Assembly (NCBI RefSeq): GCF_003704095.1
Contig: NW_020847747.1
Span: forward strand, 434,001 to 498,000
Direction of reading: 5' to 3'
Source of the DNA: Pocillopora damicornis
Taxonomy: Eukaryota
DNA length: 64,000 nucleotides
This document shows, one piece after another, positions 38,470 through 51,457 of this stretch (position 1 is the stretch's first letter; every line of letters starts with the position of its first letter). The notes under the pieces are model-generated. The model had not been told where the DNA came from, searched no databases, and saw nothing but the letters and a program-made list of their open reading frames with translations. Both the position numbers and the translations under genes were made by a program.

Positions 38470-41400
38470 TTACACAGACCAAAAGTGAACTGATAGCTCG
38501 TCTGGTTCGTCCATTGTCTGTGGAGATGAATAACAAAACAGAAAAAAAGGAATTTTTCGTAGTTTGACATACAGTTCCGGCTATAAAGTTACACATTTCA
38601 ATGATATTCCTGGATCCTTGCAGTATTCAGCTGATTATCGCAAGAATTCACTTCCACATCATATCATGGCTGCACTTATGAAGATCTTGTTTCTTGATTA
38701 TTTAATATTTACTTTTCACCGTACCTTGAATTCAGGATCTGTTTGTCTCGCATCTAGTGCATTAGTTAGTGACATTCCGGAATCAAGTGACTCTGCATCT
38801 AACAAAGGACAGAACATATCAACAATTTAAGACAATTTTCATGAGGTTTTTCTTAATGCTCAAGTAATTGCAATGTACGCCTCAGGTACAAGTTTACTTA
38901 CACGAATCTCGCGCCAGTTCCCTCATTTGGGCGAAGTCTGTCCTACAGTAGGCTGGGTCTAGTGGCCATTCAGGCTCACTCAGTTCATCGTTGTTATTAT
39001 TTTGAAGAACTCTAATTGTTGCTGTCTTCTCCGCCAATTGCGAGTGAAGGGATTTTATTCTATGTTGAAGACGGTGGAATATTAAAGGTTAGTGTTCCTG
39101 TGGTAAAAATCACTATAGTTCGATGGAAGGTAAAAATACTCATTCTTATAACTTACATAGATTCTAAATCACCACAGCGCCTGTTGGCCACGTATAGTTC
39201 TTCAACGGATTTTAAATTTTCCGCTCTACATTCAGCAATAATCTTTTCACGTTCCTGGATGGATTTTTCCAATGCCGCTATCCGTGCTTCCCTGAATTAG
39301 ATACATAACACATCATTAGAACTGTGGTGAAAGATTTTTTCGCGCATTAACACAAATTACACTGCGCTTTCTTCGTTCATTTGTTATCACCGCGCATTAG
39401 TGAATAACGCGTTTCCCAACACGGATTGTGCTATCTTCCCGCCATTTTATTTTCCGAGCTACACATTTTCTCAGGTCTTCCATTAAGTACATGATTCCTA
39501 ACACTTGTTCGCGCTCACTTTGATTTTTGAGCTATGACTCATCTATGGAATTTTTGGAACCTATTGCGCAAGAATAAACTTACTTTGGGACAGAGACAGC
39601 TTTTATGGCCAAGCTCCTTGATGTACCTTCCTGCATTAACGTTTGTTCAAGCTAAAAAGAAGCAGACGAAGGTTCAATCACCAATTTTCTTTGGAACGAA
39701 TTTGATTATTGAAAGTTTTACGCATAAAAAATAACATTTTACTTTCACAATTACCCGTGATAGATTATCTTCCAGCACTTGAATCCTTTCGTTTTTTTCT
39801 CTCAACATTTCAAGTAACCCAGGGATAGATGTAGGTCCATCTAACTCTGCTATAACTTCTTCAGCTGAGATTGAATGCCGGTGATGTGTTCCTATTTCAT
39901 CAGCAGTTGTCGAGCACAACCTCTCGTCAACAAGGTTACTTTCCATCATGCGCAGACCATGTACCGTCCCTGTGGGGCTTACGTGATTCTTGTGCACCTT
40001 TTCCTCGAGCTGTAATAGAAACATTGTATTTCTGTTAAAGCTAAATTGAACTAAGGGGGTAATTTTCTAAGGAAATTGTGGTGCTGCGTCGGTGGGAGAG
40101 TATAACAGGGTAATTTAGTATTATCAACCGAGTTTATAACGTAAATTGGCCACCGTAAAGAGGTTTAAAAGCTGACGTTTCGAGCGTTAGCCCTTCGTCA
40201 GAGCGATTGAACTAATACGGATTACGTTATTTAAGCTCCAAACCAATTAGGGCACGTCTCGATTTTGTTTTCCAAGAAAACATGAATCTCACCTCATTTT
40301 GGAGACATGTTATTCTCTCTCGACTTTGTGCCAGCGATGAACTCAGTAGATCTTTATCTCTCTCCAGTTCTTCAATTTGTGTGTTCTGTCGGTTTATTGT
40401 ATGTTCCAGCTCTTCTCGCGTTGAAATAAAGAGGTTACCTAATTCCAGACATATGAAATGTTGCTATCAACTACTTTTAAAATGATTTTCTGCAGCAGCT
40501 CTTTTATTGTTAATTAACAAGCCTTACGTTGGCTGCGAAGTGAAAAGTTGATCATGAAACTCTTACGTGCATATATTCAGGGGAGAGGAGAGAGGGTATA
40601 CGACAAGAAGGACCAAAGCCCGTCTGATCACTAGGCAACTTCCGGAGTAATTTCTCACTCAGTCCTGCTCGCGTGGCTTTGGGAGATCTGGTCATGAGAT
40701 TATGTCAGAGACCGTGCGGGAGCCAATGGGAACTCACATTAAAAGGAAACAGCTTAAAGCGCGGGAAAAAGCGAGTCGCGACTGGCTTTATTTTTGTATC
40801 TGATTGGTGGAGAAGATGGGGCAATTTTCCTAAACCAATCACAGACCGTGTTGGAGCAAAACCATTTCAGTCCTTGTTTACTTTCAACACATTGAAAAGT
40901 GTTTTAAAAACTTAGTATTAAGATTACTTTGACCGATGAGTTGTCGTATGACGTCATTTTTGAGCCTAAGTTCCCTCTTGAAGTTCTCCAATGAATTCTG
41001 TAACAAAATAGAAAAGAAAATGGTACAAGACGCTTTAGTAATATTTAATGTCTAAGGCGCTAAAATATATTTAATACGCATGCTAATACATGCTCTTACA
41101 TTCTCTTGTCTTTTGCCATTCAAATGTTGCCTTGCTGTCGGTATATTGGGGGTTTATTAAGCACAAGAAGATGTATTTGTTTGAACAAGGTTGCAAACCT
41201 GGACCTGTTTTCGAAAACATCTGTAGGTGTGCTGTTACATATCGTCCAAACTTTTATGTTTTGATAAATTACCTTTCCTTGTTCGACTTCATCTTTACAT
41301 TTCTCTAGTTCAGCTGTTGAAAGAATATTAAGTGAAGAATGTTTTGATAATAATATGACCGCCATATCCGGTACAAACATCACCAACAATGATATCAATA

Positions 41401-44400
41401 TTGAAGTTTTTTAACTGCATCCAAACTTGTTGTCTTTCTAACGTAGTTTTTACAACTGACGTAAACGTATTTGTGTGATAGTATCCTTCAATCAGTTCAT
41501 GTATTTTCCAACTTGATGAACAGGTTCTTGAAGTCTTCAATCTGGATCAATACAAACAAACCTCACTTAATTTTGTCTCTGTTTCTTTAATTACCTCTTC
41601 GAAAGCTCTATCTGCTTAATTTATACATCGGTTTATATCGGCTGTTGATGGCTTCCTTTTTTTACTTTCCTTAGAGATTTTAACAATAAACTGATCAAAT
41701 AAAACATTCAATCATTATGAGAAACGTCAACTTGTAAGTCTGTAAAATGACCATATACGTACATTACATGACATGACGAGAACTCATTGATTTCCGTTCG
41801 GTCATCAGGTTAAAATTGTGGTATTTGTAATCTTATGAAATCTCTGAGTAGTAGAATTCTGCTTGAAAAAAACACGAATGAACCTAACGTGATCTTATTT
41901 CTGATTTTTCATTGTAGTAGATGTCGGCTTTGACAAGTTTTCTAAATATCGCAAATATTCTACCAATATTTTTAATTCCCCTTTAATTTAAATATATCTG
42001 TGCCATTTAATAGCACATTACTGTCTCCCCTTACGAGTTCAAAAATAAATTTGTGAAATATTTTCTTTCTTTATATTGTATGTAGGTTTGCATGAATCAC
42101 AGATTTTAAGTTGGAAAACTGATTGTCTTTTTCCATTCGTGTTTGCTGTAAGTTTGCCGGAGAAAATCCAAACATTATTTTCGTGTTTGATGCATGTTTT
42201 TTTGTGTGAAGAAAGATCAGGCAAACAGCGACTAGAGCATCCTAAAACATTAAAACATGCATCTATTATCTTCAAAATGATTATTGCACATTTACCTAAA
42301 GAATATTTCTGTATTTAGCAGATTTTACTGCGATCTATTTGCTTTCTATCATGTCGTGAATGTTTTTGCGCAGCCGAAAGATATACTATTATGACTAGAT
42401 CATAGCATTCCTGTAAAATTGTCGTCATGAATATACAGCTGATACCAAAATAACAGTGAACTGTTTCACATTTAATTTACAATACCTTCCTGTTTGAAAT
42501 CCAAACCATTCTCACCTTCAAGATTCCTGTTTCTTTCTAGAAGTTCCTTCATCTCCGTTTCCATCCGTGTTCTTGTTCTGTATTCCAGGTTTTCACGTTT
42601 CTTAAACGATATTTGTAGTTCCTCGTATGCAGTGCGCAAGCTCTCAAGTTCATCTTCAACCTGCAATATAACTGCGTTATTGACCTTGCTTGAGGTCGAG
42701 ATTACGTATACTGGCTAATTTTATTTTCGTTGTGTGGACCAAGACATATTAAGGCTCCCTAAAAACGTCAGAAGAAAAGATGACGTAAATTTCCAATCAT
42801 GATGACCTGAACTTTGTTCAATAAAGGATTTATCATCTGTCCAAAATATTTCCTTGAGAAAGTTCGCTTCACTGCAAAGTGCCTTCAAAAAACATTTTTC
42901 TTTGTTTTTGCTATATTCAAGAAATGTGATTGCTATGTTTTATGATTCATTTTTAACAATTGCCAGGAAACTTTTTTCGTGTAAACAACATTTTCCAAGA
43001 TGTTCGGAAGTGTCTATGCCGGCTTCGATTAATTTTGTGTTGTTACGGGAATAGACCGAACAATCCCTAGGGGTTAAAATCATGGTGCTCAGATTGTGCC
43101 TTCAAAAACCGTGAACGAGAATTTTTCTTTCCTCACCGTTTGCATTCTACTCATCTTATGGTAAACGCTTTGCAGTTTTTCTCGTAATGCAACATTATCA
43201 CGTGATAACAATTCAACCATTTGAGTGGCTCTTGTGGCAACTGCTGATGCTGTTGGCGTCGAATCAACTGGTCTGTCTGGATCTTTATCAGGTATATCTA
43301 CAAGAGAAGGACAAATGTATGTGGTAGCTAAACCTTTTCATGAGCCAGTCGACCGAGACTTCATGACTAGAAATGCAGTCTTGGCCCCCTTATACTTTTG
43401 CCCGATGTTTTTGTGGTCTGTGTCTGCGATCTCTCATACTACTAATAAGGACCTTAAGCAGTCAGGACGGCAACGCCAAGGAAGACTTCGATTAAAAAAT
43501 GAATTTCTGCCTTTAATTAGAATTTCAAAAATGGTTGCATGTGTTTACCGTCTTATACGGCGCCACACCTCAACTTCAGTATAACGTATAAAAGTTCCGA
43601 ATGGAAATTAAAATAATTTGCCGTCGCGGTTTCGGTTCGCAGACGACGCAAATAGTCCATTTTACGGTTGCGTGCTTGGTTGCCAAGCCTTTGAATAGGA
43701 ATGAGGCTAAGGGTGACCTTGTTATGATACAAACCTTGCTGCTTTTCAAATGCAAATTACTTTGTTATCATGCTAACTAGATACTGGTCTCTATCACAAC
43801 AAGGTCACCTTCAGCCTCATTCCAAGTCAAAGGCTTGGCAATTAAGTACACAACTGTAAAATGGCCTATTGTGGTGATTTCACGTTGTTGTTTTGCATAG
43901 GACGGCGAAGAAATGTACAAAGTTTTAAAACGCACGTGCTGAGCTATTGTTCTGCCAATTAGATCTTTTGTTTTTCCATGTCCTCGCCTCCGTCGCCAAC
44001 GTGGTTTGCTTAAGGTCCCTGATACCCTTCTGGAACGGATCGGGCGTAGACAGCTCGTACCCCCTTAGTAAATAGGTGCTCAATATGTGTAAAATCGATC
44101 GGTGATTGTTCACTGATCGATACTCAAATACAGACTTATGACAGACAAGTACAGTAATTGAAAGAGAGTATAACATTGCTCTTACCAAAACCGTATCGCT
44201 TGTCACTGTCTTTAAAACTAAAATTTCCGTCAGAGCCATCATCACCCACTGATTCTTCTTCATCTCTATGCTTGAAGTTTATAACTCTTTGATTCAACAG
44301 TTCTTCATTTGTTCGGCATCCATTACCGTCTCTTCGCTCATCGCCGTCATACACAACAATAAATCTTTGTTCACTTTCATTGTCATCAAAATTGCTCACA

Positions 44401-46406
44401 GTAATACGAGGAGTCCATAAGGTTTGTGTCCGTTTTGTATAGTCTCTTCCATTGGGCGCTGGTTTTATTTTTATTGAGGCAAGCTTGGAGGATTCTTTCA
44501 GGAGAATTTCCCTGTCCTTAACATTTGTGATCTCTAGGTCATCTGGAGAAAGATTAGAGATAAAATCAAGTTGTTTGATTTTTTACCTTTTGCTTCTTTA
44601 TATATTTATATACTTTTTCTTGAACTAAGTTACACTGAAGATTTAGCCGACAGCAAGAGTAAATTCTTGATCGCTGATTGAAAATGTCTCCACCACGAGG
44701 ATCTGAATGTAGACCCTTAACAGTTCTAAAGGATCTTTATGGGGCAGTTTTAGATTTTGACTACAAAATATGAGCTTCTGAAGGAAACATATAAATGGTT
44801 GAAAGTTCAATCTTGCTCTGTTAAGGCAAATTGAACAAATTCGAGTTTTTTCTTATGGTTTTCTAGCTTGATAAATATAAAAGCAGAATTTCTGGTAAAT
44901 AACTCTCCCAGCTGAGCTATAATCTACAGGGGGAGGAGGAGGGGGCACGGGTGTCTTAAGGGAATTTAAGACGACGAAATTCACTCGCTTTTGAGGGCTT
45001 TAAGTCCCAAAAAAAAACTAAAAAGTAAGCGCTTAAAGTAAACCTGTATACTCTGTTTAATTGTTATGACCCCCCAAACCACAGCTTGTTAAGCATTACA
45101 TACCCTGCCGAAAAAACTTGGGCAATCTTAACCCCCACCCCACCACCCTTCTTCTTAAGCTCCCTTCCCGCTGAGCCAATTACAATTGATTGATGTAGAT
45201 AACAATAAATAGATGAACAAAGTGCTTAGTAATTCATGATTTAAAAATTGCAATGTCATTCTTGACGACAATGGCTTTTCATATAATTTTCTGATTAGGT
45301 TCAAATCTTTTTTGAAAATGTTAATGAGCCCATACTACAAATTATTTTATTTTTTCTAGGTTTTTTGACAGGGACTTTATATCACTAGGACCACAAGTCC
45401 AGTTTCTTCTTTCTCTTCAGTCTTTATTCAACTTTTTTCTTTATGAAGCGTTTTGTTACAATAATGTTTTCATCTGTTCCTTCAGAGACTGTAAAAGAAA
45501 GGGTTTATTCATAACAGAAGAAAAGTCATAGACACAAATTTGCCCGGTAATTGCAACTAGTTTACAACTGTCGTGACCTCTCGTGATTTGCATGTTGTCG
45601 CTAATTTGCAGTTTAATTAAGTGAAGCATAAAACATTTTATAGGCTGAGATAAAAAGAAATTGGATTTCAATTGAAATCAGCCGTTGATCTATTGTTGAG
45701 AATTTCTGCCCATTTCGACAAAGCATAGAGACAAAACAAAAGAGAGCGGAATCAGTGATTATAGAGTCACAGAATCAAAGATAAACCTCGTTGTGTTACG
45801 TATAGGTGAAGCGAGAAAAAAGCGTTTAGTTCTCTTGCTGCTGTTAATTAGTAAGCAACACGGCTGGATTAAAAGCGTCTTACGAAACACTTACTAGGAG
45901 ATAAAAAGATTCACATTGATTCTCTGACGCAATATCGCAAGCAATCAAGAATATAAACAAAGGCGAAAGTTTGTGCTCTCTCTTATCCGAGCGTCTAAAC
46001 TTTACCACATTTATATCAATATGCCCCGTCGCTTTATTGAAGGAAAGCAAATATTTTATAGCTATCGATCAAGTGTTCTCTGAGAGACAGACAGTATTAT
46101 ATCCAGCGAATTATAGAGCATTTTCACACAACTACTGTTTGAATATTATGTAGGGAATAATTGTGTTTTGGTTTCCAATGTATGTTTGTTTATCAAGCTA
46201 AACTTCTGATTATCAGAGTTATGTGTTCAGTTAGTAAGTAATTCGAATTTTGTCTGCCGGTGGAATCAAATAAATGAGAGTGTAGAAGCTAAGAGCGTGG
46301 CTTTGAACTTGACGAAATATTTAAGATATGAAGCTGTTATAATTTCTGTTCAAGGAACTGAGTTTAATTTTGTTGTCAAGTACTTACCAAGAAGATTATC
46401 ATCCAT
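38470..46406 (-). CDS. Angiomotin (motin) family coiled-coil protein
   Basis: Exons 46406-46388, 44542-44186, 43297-43137, 42660-42516, 41313-41273, 40997-40928, 40438-40293, 40009-39755, 39651-39584, 39291-39157, 39059-38902, 38798-38725, 38517-38470. RATQMVELLSRDNVALREKLQSVYHKMSRMQTVEDELESLRTAYEELQISFKKRENLE parallels the AMOT coiled-coil start. ANRRCGDLESIIKSLHSQLAEKTATIRVLQ parallels the Angiomotin_C end. Start and last exon are less certain. Confidence 0.85.
40075..40206 (-). mobile_element. Single copy of the 30.7-kb repeat family with intact hammerhead motif (40171-40204) inside an angiomotin intron
   Basis: Matches about 30660-30790 closely. Minus strand reads GCTCTGACGAAGGGCTAACGCTCGAAACGTCAGC. 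Confidence 0.7.
43448..44020. mobile_element. MITE (TIR AGGACCTTAAGCA/TGCTTAAGGTCCCT) containing a nested foldback element at 43651-43870
   Basis: Outer terminal inverted repeats are visible. The inner 220-bp element is a near-perfect palindrome AATAGTCCATTTTAC...GTAAAATGGCCTATT. Confidence 0.75.
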
Positions 46407-48274
46407 TTGGAGTAAAACAGCTCCATTGACAAGATATCCTACCAGAAATCAACAGTGAATAATTGAAAGAGAACAGACTTTACAAGTATGAATGTGTTGT
46501 GAAAATTTGGCGAAACTTTCCCATCTTTGTACTACAGAACAACTTTACAAAAGATTTCTGTCAAAACATTTGAAACAAACGATATTGCATGACCTTGTCG
46601 TGCTTAACGATTTCTCTGTCAGACTGATATTGTTCATGTTGAATAACTGAAAACTTTCATTCTACTCACTTAGAGTCAAGCATAGCTCATTGGATGAGTG
46701 TATCTGATAAAAGGAAGAGCTGGATTAACAATGTCAAAAATCAGTTACCTTTAAATCTTTTCGCATACTTTGGAAGCCCTATTTCTTTTAACCAATGAGC
46801 AACTTCATCAGCGTTCCAATCCATTTAGAACGTGCCAGCGCACGGCGATTTATGGGCTTGCAACGTTCAAATTTGTACACCACCGTGCAACAAGAAACCA
46901 CAAAACCTCAACTCATTATTCCTTTGTTTGCATGCAAACGTTTCCAGAGAAGTGATCGGGCTCAGAGGAAACTCGGAGATTCACTTCAGTCTAACTTATC
47001 TCCATCGAACAAACAAAATGTCAAGTTAGGTTGAGTGAAGGCAATGAATTAGCAGATGACATCAACTTTAATGAGATGCTTTCAGATGCTTACCAGGTAA
47101 TTAACGCAGCTACTGGTGACCTGACTTTAATTAAAATTTCTTCCAACTTCATGATGTGGATACAGATACACACATTTCTCAAAGTTAGACTCGCTATAGC
47201 AGGATTTATTTCTTCTGCGCGGAGATAAAAAGGTCACGTATAGTACCTATGTGACTTTACGAATTAAAATTTATTTTTAACAAACTCAAATTTTGTTTAT
47301 ATTTCCCTCGGCACTCGTCAGTTCACCCATCAAGTTGCCTTCGTTATTTTATCCCTTTTATTCCCGAAAAAAACTTTTATCCTTTTCTTTTCGGTCAAAA
47401 AAGTATTTCTTTTTATCATTGAGTGCTTGAGATATCAACTATATTTGACGCATAGTTGCGATGACCCATTTCAATCTGATGACCATACTTAATTTCTGTA
47501 TCTGGCCTCTATGAGTTGTTAGTTAATCATGTCATCAGTAAATTATCGGTTAGTTGAGGTTATGACTCTTTGTTTGCTGTGTTTTGACGTTATTCCTTAA
47601 ACGGAAGTAATGTCCTGAAAGCTATTTCCGGTGTAATTACCAAATGCCCTGAAACCCATTTAAGATAGGCGCGAGTGCGTCATAATGATGTCAGCAGTGG
47701 AGAAAACGTGCAGCAAGTGAGATACTTTGAACGCGAATCGCGAAAGGAGAACGCAAAGTGCGACGGATCCATAGTAACATGCAGCATATCCTCCCGATCT
47801 TGTTTTCAAAAAGCGTAATAAGATGACATATTCATAACCGCACATCCTTGTAAAACGCATACTGAAAACTGAATCCCGGGTATGGAAGCTTTTCGTCGCA
47901 CGCCTTTCTCTCAGGTTTTGTTGGCGTAGTAACACTCAACTCCGATCTCTAGACAGAGGTCTGGTGATAAGTTTTGACCTCCTCAATTGACTTGTCTAAA
48001 ATTTTAATCAATTTAAGATTGTTTTTGGTTTGTTTGTTTGTTTTTTCCTTTAACAAAATCGTTGTTTATAGTAGGATTTGGTTTTAAGTTTTGATCAATT
48101 TGGATTCAATTCTAAATAACCACCACTTAGGAGGACTAAATTTCAAGGTTACCGCATAACATTTTTCCTGGCTAAGTACAGTAACCAGGCAGCAGGTTTT
48201 CTGCTCCGTCAACTTCTTGGATCTTCTTTCTTTTGAAAGTTCCATCTTATTCACTTAAGGAAATTTTTCATAAA

Positions 48275-50334
48275 ATGTGGAAGCAAAACCTTTTCACAAT
48301 TTTCCTATATGGAGTCATAATTTTTAATGCTGCAATGGTATTACTAAAACGTAAGCGATGCATCGGTTGTTTGTTATATTTAGTGAGCTTGTTGACTTTT
48401 GAATATGGCGACTGTAATATTTATCTCTTGGGAAAAACGCTTTTTATCTTCAAAAAGAAAACTTTATTCGTTCCTCATTGGTGTCAGTGAATGTAGATTT
48501 GAGTTGAGATATATTTGATTTCAGTCTCTCAACAATGAGATTTATCAAAATCAAAACATCATCCGTACAATTTTAACGTGGAAAATTTATTCAATCGATT
48601 ACTTTGCTTTTTTTTCCTACAGGTAAGATTTTGAATGGATTGTAAAAAAGCAGGTTTCATTGGAATTTTTTAGTGGTACTTAAGGATTTTGTTTTACTTT
48701 CATTTGCCTTCCAGATATTTACCACAGGCGCACTTCATTGCTGCTCACATGTGAAAATTCAGACAGCAATCTTGGCATGTCTGCTGAACATTGTCCTCTG
48801 AAAGCTCTATCGAGTCACTGCACTCAAAGAGTATTGGACGGTGTGAACATGAGCCAAGGGCTTGTTCTTGGAAAGGAAAGAAAACAGAAAGGTATTAGTG
48901 CTCGATAGCCATCTTAATTTTACGAGGTAGATTACGGTCTAAAATGAAACTCAAACGGTTTAATTTTGCAATTACTGAAAGAGTATATTTGTCATGTTAG
49001 ACACAGAATAACCGAAGAGACATTTTAAAGACAGTTTTATTCACCGATACACCGGTGTTTGTTTCTTATACAGGATAGCTAGAGCCTTGGATGTTTCTTT
49101 CCAAAAATTTCGTGTTTAAGCCTGCGTGGAAATTTCTTATGTAACTGGGCAGGTGGAACGATTTTCGGAAATGTGAGGCGCGAGTTATAACTTGTACAAT
49201 TGTGTTTTTATTTGCGTTCTTCTGACTTTTGTCAATTTTTCTCCAGTTTTCCTCACTCTTGGCATTGTTGCAATGAAAGGCGAAGAGAGCAACCTGATAC
49301 AAGCTCTCTATTCCTTGAAAAAGCATATCTCAATAGATGAGCATGTCGACATCGTGTTCGCTGTGGTTTCCGAAGGAGATTCAAAATCACTTCTCTTACA
49401 GCGCATAAAAAGCGAATTCGAACACGAAGTGGACAAAGGTCTCATTCAGGTCTTACATCCCACGGATAAATTTAATGAGGCAGTCAACATAGAACCCCTG
49501 GGATGGGGTGATTTGACATTAACAGAGGATTTTAAAAAGACTACAATGGCCTTCAACAAAAGACTCTGTTTCCTTCTCGAGTACTGCTTTCGTTCGTCTA
49601 AACACTGCTTACTTTTGACTGATCAAGCCCGTGCTTTGAAACCTTATTTGTCAGTAATCAAGGAAGTTGTAAACAGAATTGAAGAAAAAAACCTTACACT
49701 TTACGCACATGATTTCGGAGAAAGGTCGCTGCCTTCCTTAGGGCGGCTTTATTCGGAGGCTTTAGTTGGCGATTTGGCTGAATATGCGGCTCTTTTCCCA
49801 GGGGGTCGTTTCCCTCAATCAATCATAGATGTCTTTGCAGCTCTGAGGGTTTCCAGTTCATCAACATCTCAGACAGGTGGTCAGTTCCTTTTTAAACTAG
49901 CTGCAGAGCCACGCGGTGCAAAACCAAGGGCTGAGTTTGACACAACTGTCGAGTGTGAGAAAGGTCATGAAATAGAGAAAGCTTTCATTCAAGAAAGCTT
50001 TGCTTGGCTCCGGACACCGAAAAAGGATGATAAAGTTATTGTGAAATTCGGAAAACCTTTTGCAATATCGCGTGTGCTTGTAACCACTGGAAGTCCTTTT
50101 TACAGAGATATTATGATCAACAGCGAACTCCTCTTGTGCGCTAATGATATGGAAACAAACACGTGCGATGAATCACAGTGTAAGGCAGTTGGGTCCTTCG
50201 CAGATCCCATTTTAGATGTTAGAAACCTGGAAACTGTCGTGAGCTTTCCAGTAAAATGCTTAAAAATTTATTTTACTGCGGACGCTAAGCAATGGGTTAT
50301 GATTCGAGAGATTTCAGTTTGGCCAAGAGAATAG
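48275..50334 (+). CDS. MGAT4/GnT-IV (GT54)-like type II membrane protein
   Basis: Exons 48275-48350 (N-terminal TM anchor), 48715-48891 (stem), 49247-50334. FLTLGIVAMK...LIQALYSL resembles the GT54 start, GLIQVL and GRLY are also family-like, and AWLRTPKKDDKVIVKFGKPFAISRVLVTTGS...WVMIREI resembles the MGAT4 C-terminal lectin domain. Confidence 0.78.
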
Positions 50335-50777
50335 GAATAACAACTTGGTCCCTGTGTTTCTTAAAGACATCTCGCCTTGTTGTCTGACGGGGCGCGATTT
50401 GTTTTTTTCCAAAGTGAGATTACTCTTAAACATTTTATGTAAAATAAAATAATATTTAACCATTCAAATGGCTATAAACCTGCACGAATTGAGTTAGGAA
50501 ATGTACAGGGCCAGAGCCCAAAGTAAAACTCGAGATGTAATCCTGAAAACTTATGTTATAGGTTTCAACTTCCCGCAAAATTTCAACAGGAGCCATACGC
50601 ACAAATTAAAACCCGCATTAACGTATATTGCACGTTTTTTTCTTCTGTAAGGATAGCGTACCATTAAGGTAAAAAACCTTTAAAAGGTGAGAAAAAGGTG
50701 AGCTTGGGAGAGATGGTAAATGTTCAGAGGAAGAATACGCCATGGAAAAGTGCCCAAGGAATAAAATATTGCCAAAT

Positions 50778-51323
50778 TACAGTCACATCTCCGCTAAGAG
50801 ACACTCTTAAGCGGGCATTTCTACTTTCGGACACTTTTTTCAGTTCCCTGCTTTGCCTGCTTAGTATTTATACATTCCCGTAAGAGGACACTTTAACAAT
50901 AAACGGACGCAGACACTTATAAAAGTGAAAATTGGATATTCTCTTGTTTACGCTCTCTCGTAAGCAGACACCCCAGGCATGATAAGTGACTCTTGCAATG
51001 AAATTTGTCTTGAATTTTCAAATCAACTTGACAAAAGTGTGACCTTCGACAGAGCCTAAACAGAACAGTAGGGACCAGTTTTGTCGATCCCCATTTGTCT
51101 GTGGGAAAACAAGCTATCCATAAGCAAGAGTGCGATAATATCTGTAGTGCCACGTTCTGGCCACGTCCTCTTTCCTTCCTCTTCTTCCCGAAAGTGAACA
51201 TTCACCCCATTTTTCTTTGGTTTCCAATTATGAGAATAATTATCCTAAACGGACAGCTCTTCTATACGAACGGACTCTTTTTCGAATTCCCGAAGTTGTC
51301 CGCTCACGAGAGAGTTGAATGTA
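50778..51323. mobile_element. Decayed TA-ended MITE immediately upstream of TAF6
   Basis: TACAGTCACATCTCCGCTAAGAGACAC ... GTTGTCCGCTCACGAGAGAGTTGAATGTA imperfect TIRs, with internal copies of the TAAGCRGACAC motif. Confidence 0.45.
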
Positions 51324-51457
51324 GCTCATACCCCAATTTGAGATCGAGTGCGAGCGTGAGGGACTGGCACTCGTACGTTTGACCGCTGACTCACCGATGA
51401 TAACAAAAAATGGCGGATAACTCGGCGGATTAGGAGTAAATTACATCTTGATTTAAA

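Noticed and set aside
41780-41812. CTGATGA...GAAA on the minus strand as another hammerhead
   Set aside because: Stem II is only 2 bp and there is no stem I or cleavage-site pairing.
44025-44135. Possible additional angiomotin exon
   Set aside because: Weak acceptor, no family similarity, and the flanking exons already join in phase.
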